Positions 39,864 through 54,554 of a stretch of 64,000 bases of DNA are shown here, one piece after another. This stretch comes from the human T2T-CHM13v2.0 reference genome, Homo sapiens. The notes beneath the pieces were generated by a model, which ran no database searches, had not been told where the DNA came from, and saw nothing but the letters and a program-made list of their open reading frames with translations. Within the stretch, counting starts at the first letter, position 1; every line of letters starts with the position of its first letter. Both the position numbers and the translations under genes were made by a program. The stretch lies in assembly GCF_009914755.1 (NCBI RefSeq), contig NC_060938.1; one strand, written 5' to 3'.

Positions 39864-41161
39864 CATGACTCAACTATATGCTGCTTACAAGAAACTCACC
39901 TCATCTAAGTGAGTGAGACTGAGTATAAAAGGATGGAAAAAGATATTCTATGCAAACAAAAATGAAAAACAAGCAGAAGTAGCTTTACCTATACCAGATA
40001 AAATAAACTTTAGATCAAAACAGTAAAAATAGACAAAGAATGGCATTGTATTCAGCAAGACAATTCTAAATATATATGCTCCTAACACTGGAACACACAG
40101 ATATATACAGTAAATATTATTAGATCTAAAGGAAGAGATATACTTAAATACAATAATATTTTGGTACTTTGACACCCTGTTCTTAGCATTAGACAAATCA
40201 TTTAGAAATAAATTTAACTAAGAAACTTTGGATTTATACTGGACATTAAACCAAATAAACCTAACAGATATTTACAGAACATTTCATCCAACAGCTACAG
40301 AATACACAATTTTCTCATAAGCATATGGAAAATTCTTCATGATGGAACATATATTAGGACACAAATCAAGTATCAACAAAATTTTTAAAATTGAAATCAT
40401 ATCAAGCATCTTCCCAGACCACAATGGAATAAAACTAGAAATCAATAATAAGAGGCACTCTGGAAACCATACAAAAACATGAAAATTAAACAATAAGCTC
40501 CTGAATTCTAGGGGTCAAGGAAGAAATTAAAAAGGAAATCAGAAACTTATTGAAACAACTGAAAATAGAAACACAACAAACCAAAACCAATGGGATACAG
40601 AAAAAGCAGTAATAAGAGGTGAGTTTATAGCAATGAAGGCCTATGTCGAAAAAGTAGAAAGATTTCAAGTAAACAATCTAGTGGTGTACCTCAACAAACT
40701 GAAAAAAAACTTAAACCCAGAATTAGTAAAATAAATAATAACGAGAAGAGCAGAACCAAATGAAATGGAGGATAACAAGGTCAATAAAGAAAAGTTGGTT
40801 TCTTGAAAAGATAAACAAAATCAATAAACTACTTACTATACCAATCAAGAAAAACAAAAAGTGTCAAATAAAAAAATTAGAAATAAAAAAGGAGACACTA
40901 AAACTGACATCACAAAAATACAAAAGGTCATCACAGATTATTATAAACAACTATACGCTAAGAAACTGGAAAATCTAGAGAAAATTGGTAAATTCCTGGA
41001 CATAAGCAATATACGAAGAAGTAAATAAATAGAAAATCTGCACAGACCAGTAATGAGTGATGAGATTGGATTAGCAATAAAAAATCTCTCAACAAACAAA
41101 AGTCAAGGACCAGATGGTTTCACTGCTTACTTCTACCAAAAGATTCAAGAAGAAATAACAC

Positions 41162-41643
<482 letters not shown>

Positions 41644-44600
41644 CTAGCAAAATAAGCCCAATAGTACATCAAAAAAAAAAAAAAAAAAAAGATAACACAC
41701 AATGCTCCACTGAAATTTATCTCTGAGATGTAAGAAAGATATGCAAATCAATAAATGTTATACATGACATAAATAGAATACAGCACAAAGATCGTATGAT
41801 CATCTCAATAGATGCAGAAATGGTATTTGATAAAATTTAACATCTTTTTTTAGTAAAATTTTAATAAACTAGGCACAGAAGGAACATACCTCATCATACC
41901 GAATGGGGAAAGCCTTTCCTCTAAGAACTGGAAAAAGACAGTCATCCCTACTTTCACCATTCCTATTTGGCGTAGTACTGGAAGTCCCAGACAGAGCAAC
42001 CAAGCCCAAAACAAAAAAAAGGCATCCAAATTGGGGGGAGGGGCAAAAAACCTCAAATTGTCCCTTTTTTCAGATGATATAATCTTATATCTAGAAAAAA
42101 ACTAAAGATTCCACCTAAAAACTTTTAGATCTGCTAAATAAAATCAGTAAAGTTGCAGGATACAAAATCAACATGCCAAAATGAGTAGTGTTTGTATATA
42201 ACAATAATTAACTAGCTGAGAAAGTAATCAAGAAGTCAATCCCATTTATAATAGCTACAAAACAAATACCTAGGAATAAATTTAATAAAGGAGCTAAAAC
42301 ACCTGTATAAAGAAAACTACAAAACACATATGAAAGAAACTTAAGAGGACACAAACAAATGAAGAAACATCCCATGCTCATACATCAGAAGAATTAATAT
42401 TGTTAAAGTGACCATTATGCCTAAAGTAATCTACAGATTCAATGCCAGCCCTATCAAAATATCATTTTTTTCACAGGGGTAGAGAAAACCATTCTTAAAT
42501 TTGTATGAAATAGGAAGCCTAAATAGCCAAACAATGCTGAGCAAAAAGAACAAAGCTGATGGCATCATACTACCTGACTTCAAAATAGACTACAAGGTTA
42601 TAATTACAATAATAGCATGGTACTTGTATAAAACCAAATACATAGATCAATGGAACAGAATAGAGAACTTATAAATAAATTCACATACTTAAAGTCGACT
42701 GATTTTCAACAAGGGCATGAAGAATACACACTGGGGAAGGGACACCATCTTCAATAAATGGTGCTGGGAAAGTTGGATATCCACATGCAAAAGAATGAAA
42801 TTGGTCCCCTATCTCTCATTATGTACATAAATCAATTCAAAATGGATTAAAAAACCTAAACATAAGACCTGAAACTATAAAACTACTATAAGAAAACAGG
42901 GAAAATATTTCTGGATATTGGTCTAGGCAAACATTTTGTGGCTAAGATCTCAAAAGCTGAGGCAACAAAAGCAGAAATAGACAAATAGGACTATATTAAA
43001 CAAAAAAGCTTCTGCACAGCAAAGGAAACAATTGACAAAGTGAAGAGACAATCTGAGTGGGAAAAAAATATTTGCAGCTATTTATCCAACAAAGGACTAG
43101 TATCTAGAATAAATAAGAAATTCAAACAACTCAATAGTAAAAAATACAAATAATCCCACTCAAAAGTAGGCAAAAGACGAATAGACATTTCACAAAGGAA
43201 GACATACAAATTTTCAACAAATATACTAAATAAAAATGTTCAACGTCACTGATCAACAGGGAAATGCAAATCAAAACCACAATAAGATATCATCTCATCA
43301 AACATAAAATGGCTTATATCAAAAATACAAAAAATAACCAATGCTGGTGAGGGTGTACAGAAAAGGGAAGTCTTACACACTGTTGGCAGGAATATAAATT
43401 AGTGAAGCCACAATGGAAAACAGTATGGAGATTTCTTTAAAAAAATAGAACTACCCTACAATCCAGCAATCTCACTACTGGCTATTTATTCAAAAGAAAA
43501 GAAATCAGTTTATCAAAGAGATATCTGCACTCACACATTTATTGCAGCACTATTCCCAATAGCAAAGATGTGGAATGTGGAATCAACCTCAGTATCCATC
43601 AAGAGATGAATGGATAAAGAAAATGTGGTATGAATACTCTATGGAATCTATTCAGTTATAAAAAAATGAAATCATATCATTTGCAACAACATGGATGGAA
43701 CTGGAGTTCATTATGTTAAGTGAAGTAAGCCAGGCACAGAAAGACGAATACTCCATGTTCTCACTCATAAGGGAGTTTAAATAGTTGATCTCATGGAGGT
43801 AGAGTAGAAAGATAGATAGGAGAGGCTGGAGAGGGTATATGGGTGGGAGAGGTGGATGAAAATAAGGTGGTCAATGGGCACAAACATACAGTTAGGAGGG
43901 ATAAGAAAAGATAGGATAAGAGTAGGGTGACTAGTCAACAACAATGTACTGTATATTTCAAAGTAGCCAGAAGAGAGGACTTTAATTTTTTCCAATACAT
44001 AGAAATGATAAATACTCAAGGGGATGATATCACAAATACCCTGACTTTATCATTGCACATTCTATGCATGGAACAAAATAACACATGAACCCCATAAATA
44101 TGTAAAATATTATGTATCAATTAAACGATAAAAATATGAGGACTGAAGTGACACACTGAGAACACAAGGTTGTTCTGTGAACCTTGCAGAGTGACCCAGC
44201 AACCTGCTTTTGACATTCTTCACCCGCTCAAGGCACTGATTTGAGTTGCCTTAGAAAGGAGACTAAGCTAGTTAGCTGAGAGGTGACCTGGGAAGGCCTG
44301 GGTCAGCTTCTAGCTGCAAGGAGCCCTGGCAGTGGACAAGATCTCCAGGAGTTTGTGGAGTAGAGGGAAGCAGGAGAAGTGGGCAGAGGGTGACAGTGAG
44401 GGGGGCAAGGCAAACAATGTTTCCAGGAAGGGGATGGTGGTGATGTCACATCTGCAAGAATCCAAGCAAGGAAGAGTGTGGTGTCACCTTAGATTTGAAT
44501 TTGGGGGCTTCCTAGCAGCATGTAACAGCACTACACTGAGGTGAGAAGATTTCACATAAGGGTGCCTTTTATCCTTAAGGAAATATGGGGAGGATCAGTG

Positions 44601-46314
44601 GCAAAAAAATAAAGGAAGAAAAAAAAAAAGAAAGGAACGAGAAAGAAAAAAAGAAGTAAAAGTGTATGCCCTCCCGAGAACATGACAAAAGACATTGAGG
44701 ATGCAAATTGCAAAGGGAAAGGATAGTCCTATGTGCTTTAGCAATTTGGAACTTTTTAAGATTTGCCTTGTGTTATAAGAAAATTATTTTCTATAGACCC
44801 TCTCTCAGTTCTGCTACAGACTGATGTTTAAATATTAGCCATTCACAAGAAGTAAATATCAATTGATTAAGGCTTAATACATAGGAACATTTCATTTTCG
44901 GGTGGTATTTGGTGCCAATTCTCAACCCCCAACTACCCTCTTACCCATGTGAGGGCGTTTTTTTATAGCTATTCCAATTTTACCCTCATCTGTGCTTTTA
45001 TTAGTTGCCTGGAAAAGTTGTATATAAAATGGTTCTAAGCTTGGGGGATACACAATCGGAGGAAGTAAACTCATAGTTGTATTCTGATCTAGGATAATGA
45101 TGTGTCACTGAGCCTCTTACAAATATTACCATGCCAATCTCTCAATGCAGCCCATCCTTAATTTTATGCTCCTAAATTCTACACACTACACCCGGAAGAC
45201 CTGTGCAGTAAAACTCAAGTTCCCCCTTCACTCTCTTTATGACTCTTTAGCCTTTCTGGAGGGAAATGTCAATCAGCTGCAAGTACTATGCAATACTTTG
45301 ATAAAACATATAAAGAAAAATCTAGAAAAAAGAAATTCATCTCCCTTGTTTGGCAAACTAGTTTTTTTATCTGTCTTTGACACAATTCAAAATAGAATGA
45401 GACCTGAGATAAATATTTCTAAATCTATTCACTGTAACAGAAATACACATTTTTTTCCCCTCAAAAAGTTATTTGAGTTGATGAGTAAGCATACCTATTA
45501 GGTAATTTTTTTGACTTCCTGTAGCAACACTTCCTGCTACATAATAATGACACAAATAGGCCAAGCGAAGCTTTTCTAAGCTCTTTGTTCTGGGTATGGG
45601 TATGGATATAAGTGTATCTGAATTTTTGGCTGAGCTTACTCTTAAGTTTTTACAGAGTGAAGTCATTTTGGCTGCTAATTCAAAGCAAGGAAAATCTAGA
45701 CTATTTTGGTTTGGGCGTGGAAGGCAAAGAGGAAACAACGTCTTTCAAGCATTTACAATACATCTTAGCAGGCAACACATTCGAGAAGATTCATAAGTAT
45801 TTCTTGGATTTATAGAGTAGAAATCAATCATAAAAACATACGCTGAATGTCCAAGATTTGCCAGCTGGTGTGTTTTACACTATTGGAAACATATGGTAAA
45901 TATACTTTCTTCAATTAAAGAAATATACTACACTCCTTTTGTAGTATGAACATTGATGGTATTTATAATAACTATAATTGAGCACCCATTGTGACCACAG
46001 CACTATTCTAGTTGATCTGTTGGTGCCTCTCAGCCTCCGAGAGGTTTCTTCTACCTGAGCACTGACAGAAACAGGGGAGGGTAAATTTATTTCTCATCAA
46101 ACACATGAGTGTGAGGAGCTCTGTCACTCCTAGAAATGTTAGCTCCAAAATGAAATGTTTTCAAATTCTTTTATTTCAGCTTCTTTAAACTTTAATTCTG
46201 CATTAAAACTATTCCATCAAATGTTAGTTTTTTTTGTTTCGTTTTCGCATACAAAGTTTCTTTTTCTTAGTTATTATTAAACATAATTTTAAAAAAAAAT
46301 TCAAGCAAAATTGA

Positions 46315-46485
46315 GGCTCCTGACACCATGCCTGATGCTTTTACATATCCCCAGTGTCTCAATTAAATGTTTCCTCATTAGAGTCTTAATTTTTTCCCAC
46401 AAATTAGATAATGAAAGCTTATAAGCTTATGTGACTTGCTTAAAATTACAAAACAGGTGAGTGGAAGACTGAGAACTAGAAACAT
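46315..46485 (-). mobile_element. MIR fragment
   Basis: gatgcttttacatat...atgtgacttgcttaaaattaca...gtgagtggaagactgagaactagaa. Confidence 0.55.
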
Positions 46486-47429
46486 CACCTATTATTTTTC
46501 TATGTCATTATAGGGTTACCCGAACACAGAGAAATGGGATGAGGAAAAAATAAAGGGTGATCTGGGATGAATATCCTCGTAAGCTGTAATGAGCTGGAAA
46601 AATTTTCAAACTAAAATGGAAGCATAGTGGCTGTGATCTATTCTACTCAGACAAAAAGCCCAGATCTTTCTCACCATGAAAGGAAGATGCTTTTCGTATA
46701 TAATGTTCTGATGCTTGTGTAAAATTTTTGTATGAGAATTAATACAATCTCTAAATCCTATATGTAAATATTTACATAAATGTTCAGGTAAACTGGAACT
46801 TTGTTTTATTTACTGCTGTGCCCCCATCTAAAGCCATGTTGAGTGATTGAATTAATGATTATTTCCTTGGTTAATAATATAACATGAGAATAACAGAGCA
46901 TTTAAATAAACTTACATCTGGAAAGTAATTTTATATTAAGGTTTCTTTTTAGTATTTTAAATATTTTTGGTTATACATGTTCATCCATCCTTACTATTTA
47001 ATTTACTTGATCTAATCAGCATGAGTAATCAAAAGAGCTTGATTCATATTTATAATCTTACCAGAAAAAAGTGTAAGATGTGCAAAAAGATCAAGTGCAT
47101 ATTGAGAGTAGAAAAACACATTTTCACAAGGTGTTGATTTCATGTAGATGTTTGTAATAAAAGCAGTTATCCCAAATTAAACTGCTCTCAGTCTTTGCTT
47201 CTATCCAGATATCTAGGGCAGTAGTTTGAGATTAAAATGCTGGGATCACTCTATCTCTTCTTTGTTTTCCTCTCATCCCAACACAGTTCCATGACAGGTA
47301 TTTATTAAATATTGAACCAAGAAAAGAGGACAAGACATTCTTAAGCTTCCAAGGAGTACTAAGTATAACTCTAACTCACATCTAGGAGAATATGGTTTTT
47401 TAAATGTTCCTATTTAATTTTATTCCTTT

Positions 47430-48105
47430 AGCTTTCAGCCTCCATTTCTTCTTCCAAACTTCTTAACCCTTCTTCTCATACTTGGTCTCATCCAAAATAA
47501 TTTATTAGATTTAGTTTTTTAAAATCTTGAATTTTTATGATGAGTTATCACCCACAGATTTTCAGTGGCTCTCTATGACTTTCACAAAATGTTAAGTTCT
47601 GAAGTAGAACATCAAAACTCTCCCTAATTTAGTCCAAAATTATCCATGCAACTGTAGGTCCCAGAGCAACATCATGGAGAACTCCTGGTTCACTGACCCT
47701 AGGAGGAGCCTATTATAGTGGCAAAACTCCATGTTTATTCTCACCTGTGTATTTTTTTTACCCTCCAAACATCCTTCATTCTCCCCAATGAATTATCCAA
47801 ATATTTCAGATCCTCTTTTAGGCTACATTATTTTCATTATAGTCTTTTCAACCATTCCAAGTTACAGCCTTTCCCAGCATTTCAAACTCTCAAAATTAGT
47901 TCTCTGTAATATAATTCTCATACCCGTATATGGGCACTAATAGACTACTCTGTATTGTTTTAACTTTGTGTTGATACATCTCAACACCTGTCCAAATAAA
48001 CTATAGACCCTTTAAAGGAAGGGACATCTTCTTAGTGCTTTCATTTGTCATAGTATTTATTCTAATGTTATGAAGATAGTAGGTCCTTAAATGTTTGTAT
48101 AAATT
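47430..48105 (+). mobile_element. L2c-like remnant
   Basis: ttcagtggctctctatgact...aactatagaccctttaaaggaaggga...atagtaggtccttaaatgtttg. Confidence 0.55.
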
Positions 48106-48344
48106 TGATCTTTGAAAAGACAGAATAGTATTCTGAAACATTAACCTAATCACAGAATCAACCACTGTGGCAAGATAATGATGGTAGGGGACTAGGATAG
48201 AACCAATAAAGAGATTTGAAAACTTGAATCAAGTGAAGGCAGTGGAAATCCAGAGAAGCAGAAGTTTTTGAGAGATATCCTGCAGAACTATAGTTGAAAA
48301 AGCAAATGCCTATCTATTATATTTCCAACTACCTTATCTTAATT

Positions 48345-48532
48345 CCAGGAGCTTCAGTCCTAGTTGAATTAATTTTGGTGAATTTTCCTCAATAAACCAC
48401 AATTTTACCTTTCCAATATAGCTGTAATATACCTAATTGACAGTATAATTTTGAGGATCCAGTGTTATAATATATGGAAAATTCTCATTACAGCATTTGA
48501 CACAGCAGAAGATTGTTACAAATACTTGTTAA
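48345..48532 (+). mobile_element. MIR fragment
   Basis: taatatacctaattgacagtataattttgaggatcc...cagcatttgacacagcagaa...aaatacttgtt. Confidence 0.55.
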
Positions 48533-49190
48533 AGTGGGATCCTAAATTGAGGTAATAGATACAGGTAATAAAGTCACCCAGTGATGTTTTACGTTTCAAA
48601 AAAGTATGCTTCCCATTTTCTTCCTTTGTTTCCATCTTATTACTGATTCTAAATTTTAGCTAAATAAGCACATTTCTTACCTTCCTTATCTTTTAGAGTT
48701 TACAAAATCTTAACATTGTACAAACAATTTCCTAAATAATCAATTTAAAATATTTCCACTGAGAACAAACCAAGATATAAGATATAAGGAATCTGTAAAG
48801 ATAATAGGTAGATCAACAGATAAGAGAGAAAGAGATTCTAAGATGGTGCTACATACAGGTATTTTAATGAAAAACAACTATATTTGTTTTATATTTTCAA
48901 AAGTAGAACATCCACATATGGATGAGGAGGTGGGATGATTGAGATTTATAAGGTTCTGTGTGTAGTCGATACCTGGACTACAGGAGTTAAGAAGAAATTA
49001 TTTAGGCAGATAGTGAGGGTACAGTAGCCTTTGGTAAGGCTTTTCTCTTTAATGAAAGCAGCCCTAAATAATTTTCTAACAAAGAGCAGCCTGGAAAGTT
49101 GAGCTGCAGACATTGACAAGCAAGCTGGGAGCTTGCACCAATGAATGCAGGGAGGAAATAGGGAAAAGAAATGCTCAAGATGGCAGCTCT

Positions 49191-49496
49191 GGCTTGGTGC
49201 AGTGGCTCATGCCTGTAATCCCAGCACTTTGGGAGGCTGAGGCGGGCTGATGACTTGAGGTTAGGAGTTCAAGACCAGCCTGGCAAACATGGCAAAACCC
49301 TGTCTCTACTAAAAATACAAAAATTAGCTAGGCATGGTGGTATGTGCCTGTTGTAATCCCAGCTACTCAGAAGGCTAAGACAGGAGAATTGCTTGAACCC
49401 AGGAGGTGGGAGGTTGCAGTGAGCTGAGATCTCGCCACTGAACTCCAGCTTGGGTGACAGAGTGAAATTCTATCTCAAAAAAAAAAAAAACAAAAA
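49191..49496 (+). mobile_element. AluS (Sx/Sz-like) in LTR9
   Basis: Full Alu; TSD aagatggcagctc at 49177-49189 and 49497-49509. Confidence 0.95.
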
Positions 49497-49721
49497 AAGA
49501 TGGCAGCTCCATCTTCCCTTCTCTTTGTCAGCCACATGTACTATAAGGAGCAGACAAGATGGCCTCAACCAACTGGAAAGTCTATTTGCATAATAAGATT
49601 AGGGTGGGGTAACCAGCCTTCCCTCGCATTATGTAAACATCATACCTGCTTGAATCAATCTGTGAGCCCTGTGTAAATCACACACCGCCTCCTCAAACCT
49701 GGCTATAAAATTCGGCACATC

Positions 49722-49968
49722 AGCTGGGCATGGTTGCTCATGCCTCTAATCTCAGCACTTTGGGAGGCCAAGGTGGGAGGATCATTTGAGGTCAGGAGTT
49801 CAAGACCACCAGCCTGGCCAACATGGCGAAACCCTATCTCTACTAAAAATACAAAAATTAGCCGGGCGTGGTGGCACATGCCTGTAGTCCCAGCTACTCA
49901 GAAGGCTAAGGCAGGGGACTCATTTGAGCATGAGACCCTGTCAAAAAAAAAAAAAAAAAAGAAAAGAA
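49722..49968 (+). mobile_element. Alu with right-arm internal deletion, in LTR9
   Basis: Left arm intact; right arm jumps from ...catttgagc to atgagaccctgtc; degenerate TSD aaaattcggcacatc/aaaattttggcgcttc. Confidence 0.9.
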
Positions 49969-50289
49969 AAATTTTGGCGCTTCTGCCACCCAGTGGTCCT
50001 TTCCACTCCAAGACCCCGATCTTTCTTGATAAAGAGAGCTGCTTCTCTTTCTCTTCTCTTCTGCCTATTAAACCTCCTCTCCTAAACTCCTCATGTGTGT
50101 TTATGTCCTACATTTTCCTGGCAAGCAACAACGAACCCCAGGGTATATACCCCAGACAACGTAGCTGCTTTAGTACTATGAAAGCCCTAAGCTAAAATGA
50201 GAGGAAGGTTTTCTCTTGATGGTAATCTACAATTTTTTAAAAAAGATAAATTACACTAGCAGGACATTCAGCATAAGGAAGAAAAGAGA

Positions 50290-50660
50290 GAAAGGAAAGT
50301 TCTCTCCAAGGGTCTTTTCTATCTATGCCAGTAGCTTATTCTCAGATTCTAGAGGCCACCAGCATTAGTGCCCACCTCTCATTTACAAAAGCAAAAATGA
50401 TGAGATTGAGACTATTTTATGCTTCCAATCTCTCTGACTTCCACTTCTGCTATCTTCCTGACTTTATTCTGGCTTCTGTGTCTTTTAAGGGGTCTTATGA
50501 CTACAGTTGGCCTATTGGGATCATGCAAAATAATCTCCTTATGTTAAGGTCAGATAAGTAGTCACATTTATTGCATAGGCAAAGTCCATTTTGTCATGTA
50601 TGGAAAGAGTATAACATTGTCAAGATCAGAAGATCGTGTGGGCCCAAATCCTCCCTATAT
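50290..50660 (-). mobile_element. Old MLT1 (E/G-like) LTR remnant
   Basis: ttctagaggccacc...tcttttaaggggtcttatgactaca...ataatctccttatgttaaggtcag. Confidence 0.6.
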
Positions 50661-51581
50661 CATTAGTGAAGAAGGAGGCCTGATTTTGGAGATGATAATG
50701 TGAAGGGAAAGAGTGAGGTAAGAGCAGGAGAATGAGTTGAAAGAAGCTGGTCGGCATGTTCTCTCCCTGTGCTTCTGTTTAAAGAGCAAAAGTCGCCTTT
50801 AGTATTAAGGAAACATCTCTAAGGCATGGACTACTGAAGCCTGAAGTCATCATTTTAGGATGCAGGAAAGAGTTTCTCTCTCACCCTGTCTTGTCTCCCA
50901 ACCTAGAGAATGGCCAGAACTCTTTGGTTTTGCTTTCTTGATAAGCCTTTATTTCTCCTGTTTTTTATAGTTGAGTTAAATGGCAGATGCCCTTTCATGG
51001 GGCCTGCTATGTCAGGATGAGATGATTCTGAGGCAGAAGTCAGAATCCTGGAAGGTAGAGAGGATGCCAAGACAGCAGCTGGATGGAAAAATTGACCATC
51101 ACTGCAGGGTCTGCAGCCAGCAAGAAGCTCAGTCAGCCAGAGTAGGTGAGCAGGCCCTGAGTTACACTTGCAGCAAAACTCAGCTGCAACCGGAACAAGG
51201 CGAGAAGTCCCTGGGAAAAAAAGGGGCTAAAACCTAGAAGATGTGTTAATTAAGAACAAGTTGTTCATGAATGTTGCAAGGATACATAACACTTTCTTCT
51301 CATACAGTAAATTCACATGTTGTCTCAAGAAAAGAAACAGAAAAAGGAGTGGCTATCTAAAAGACTTTCCCCCCGAAGCCCAGCTAAACATTTCCTGAAC
51401 AAACAGTTGAAATGATCAGAATACATTAATTTTAAGTTAGTTTGAGCTTTTAAATAATTTGTTCTCCTGGTAATCACTGGGTAGAGGGCTTAGGAAAAAA
51501 ACTAGTGACTAGCATGGTAAAGCCCAACTCTTAGATTATCTTTAGTAGTCAAGAGTAGAAAGTGTTTTAAAAGGGCAAGGA

Positions 51582-51910
<329 letters not shown>

Positions 51911-52667
51911 CTATCCACAAATTTTAGCACATTTTAGACTAATTGCTGCCACTATACTGACAGTTTTTAGTTAAATATTTATTATCAAAGTTGACATAAA
52001 ATGGTTCATGAGCCTTATTTTCTAAGTTTTATAAATTTGATGGAGTTCCATTACAGAGGTGTTCCCCTTAGAACCAACATCAAGTAAAAAGTGCCTAATT
52101 CAGAGATTGGATACAATATTAGTGACCAATCCATGGACTCATGCTCAAGGGTCCTTGCTACAGACCTTTCTGGATATTGATAGCCTATGAATGTAACAGG
52201 GTTGAGTGTATAAAAGACAATTAAGTCAACCACACATCATTAATATCTTTAACTTTATTAATAAGATCCCATCTTAAACATTTATTATTCTATTTAAAAG
52301 GCCACTAATTTTACCAATAAAATATAATTTCTCAATCTGCTGGCTGAAGGATTTATAATAGCTCTCTCTGAATTGTGTGCTTCCTGATAAAAAGGGAGAA
52401 TTAACTCCAAAAGTGTAAATTCTTGATAAGGACAGTAACATCTTTATAATTAAAGCTCAAGATAATCAGTCTGTATGTACTATGAAACTCTGTAACCTGA
52501 CACATTTAAAGTAAGTTATGAATAACATCACATATAGTCTCTTAATGTGAATTAATCTGAAGATGACTGAAATTGGGTGTTCATGGAAGACCTCTGTGAG
52601 ATTCCATTAAAAACTTAAATGTAAATTACTAGAAGTAGTTGCAGAATGTGCAGAGTAAGATCTAAAT

Positions 52668-52824
52668 GGCCTGTAGTCCCAGCTACTCGGGAGGCTGAGG
52701 CAGGAGAATGGTGTGAAGCCGGGAAGTAGAGCCGAGATTGCGCCACTACGCTCCAGCCTGGGTGACAGAGCAAGTCTCTGTCTCAACAAAAAAGAAAAAA
52801 AGAAAAAAGAAAAAAGAAAAAAAA
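52668..52824 (+). mobile_element. 5'-truncated AluY with a small internal deletion
   Basis: cctgtagtcccagctactcgggaggctgaggcaggagaatggtgtga; TSD aagatctaaa. Confidence 0.9.
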
Positions 52825-53317
52825 AAGATCTAAAAGAATGAAAAATAAGGCAAAAGCTCTAGGCAGAAGCATATCTTGTTTGGGAAACAAGAAGAAAAGT
52901 AAAGGAGAACAGGAGAACATGGAGAAATTAGTAAGGTGGTATGAAAGAAATAATACAAGAATGCAAGGTAGGCTAAATCCTGTAGGAGGACCTTGAAGGC
53001 CCAGGATAGAGTTTGCATTTTGCAACAAATGTAATAGAAGAGCACTGGAAATTATAGGCTAGAAATAATATAATATGATTTATATTAATAGAGGATTATT
53101 CTGGCTTCTATGGATTGTAGCAAAGTAATATTTGAAAGGAAAAAGTCAATTAGAGTTGGTTGCTGTATTCTAGTGGAGAAGTGATGGTGGTGTGCAGTAG
53201 CACAGTAATAGAGGGAGTAGGAAGTAGTAATTTGATTTTGAATAAAATGTAAAACTAACATGACTTGCTGATGACTTGTATTAGGTGGCAGTAAAAAAAG
53301 TAAAGAAATCAAGAATA

Positions 53318-53520
53318 GTTTAATTGTACATTTTAAAATAACTGAAAAGAGTATAATTGTATTGTTTGTAACACAAAGGATAAATGCTTCAGGTGATGGA
53401 TATCCCATGTAACCTGATGAGATGATTACACATTGCATGTCTGTTTCAAAATATCTCATGTAACTCATAAATATACACACCTACTACATACCCACTAAAT
53501 CAAAAATGAAAGAAATTTTT
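53318..53520 (+). mobile_element. L1MA2/3-like 3' end fragment
   Basis: attgtttgtaacacaaaggataaatgctt.aggtgatggata.ccca...ataaatatacacacctacta.ataccca. Confidence 0.85.
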
Positions 53521-54554
53521 TAACAGTTAGATATTGAGAATAGTAAGAGACCTGTGTTATTCCTCAGTTAATGCCAGGGAATGACAGCTGAACTGTAATG
53601 GATAAAGAAGCTGCATGAAGAAGCAAAAGTGATAATTTGAGTTTGGGATCTATGCAGCTGGATGCTATTTGGAGCATTAATTGAGGTGGGATGTCTGAAA
53701 AAGGTGCAGGGCTGGAGATAGGCAGGGATCCAGTATTTTAATTTGGACCTGTTGAGTGTGAGATGCCAATAAGACATCCAAGTGGAGAAGCCTCATATGC
53801 AATTGAATATACAAGTCAGATGCTCAGGGGAAGTGGCATAGCCAGAAATGTAATAAAGTAGAGGATCATGGCTTCTTGTCCACTTTGACAAATACAAAAC
53901 TTCTACCTCTAGTCAGAAATTTCATCCATCTTTATTTCTGGGAGACCTAAGGACATCTTACTTGAACTTACATGTGGATCTCTTAACAGGAGACTTCTGC
54001 TCTGCTTAGTTTTCCTCTACCCCACTTCGCATTCCCATTGAAGATACATTATAGGTGTTTGCAATCACCTATGAAACTGGCTCATACCCACCAAGAGTAT
54101 GCTTATATTCACGTTAAATGTAATGTCTACCCATGTCCCCAAACCTTCAGTACCAGTCTACTACAGCTTCAGGATGAAACTGCACATTGCAATCCATTAC
54201 ACAAGTAAATTATCACACAGAAAATTTTTTACTCTATCATAATTTATTAACATATGTTTGTATATTTCTCAGTATCTCCTTTGACAATTAATAATATTAT
54301 TTATTATTTACTTTTTTTCTGCAGTTCTTTTCTCTATTAAGAATCAATTAGGATGCCCTCATTGCTTGGGGGAGCAAAGATAGGCCTTTTACCACATTCA
54401 ATGGTTGTCTGAAAACATGAAACCTTTCTGATAATGTTTTATTATCAAAATGTTTTATTCTTTATCTTTCTCTAGTGGCTATTTTGAGTACCATTATTTG
54501 TGTTTGAGTATTTATGTACTCTTGAGAAATATTGAAGTTTAATCTGTGGATATT

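Larger units (their letters stand above)
48975..50172 (+). mobile_element. LTR9-family ERV1 solo LTR interrupted by two Alus
   Basis: tacaggagttaagaagaaattatttaggcagatagtgaggg...ctataaaa...ctgcctattaaacctc...gaaccccagggtatataccccagacaacgtagctgctt. Confidence 0.8.
52530..53850 (-). mobile_element. L2 remnant split by an AluY fragment and an L1MA fragment
   Basis: ggaagacctctgtgaga...; atttggacctgttgagtgtgagatgccaataagacatccaagtggaga. Confidence 0.7.
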
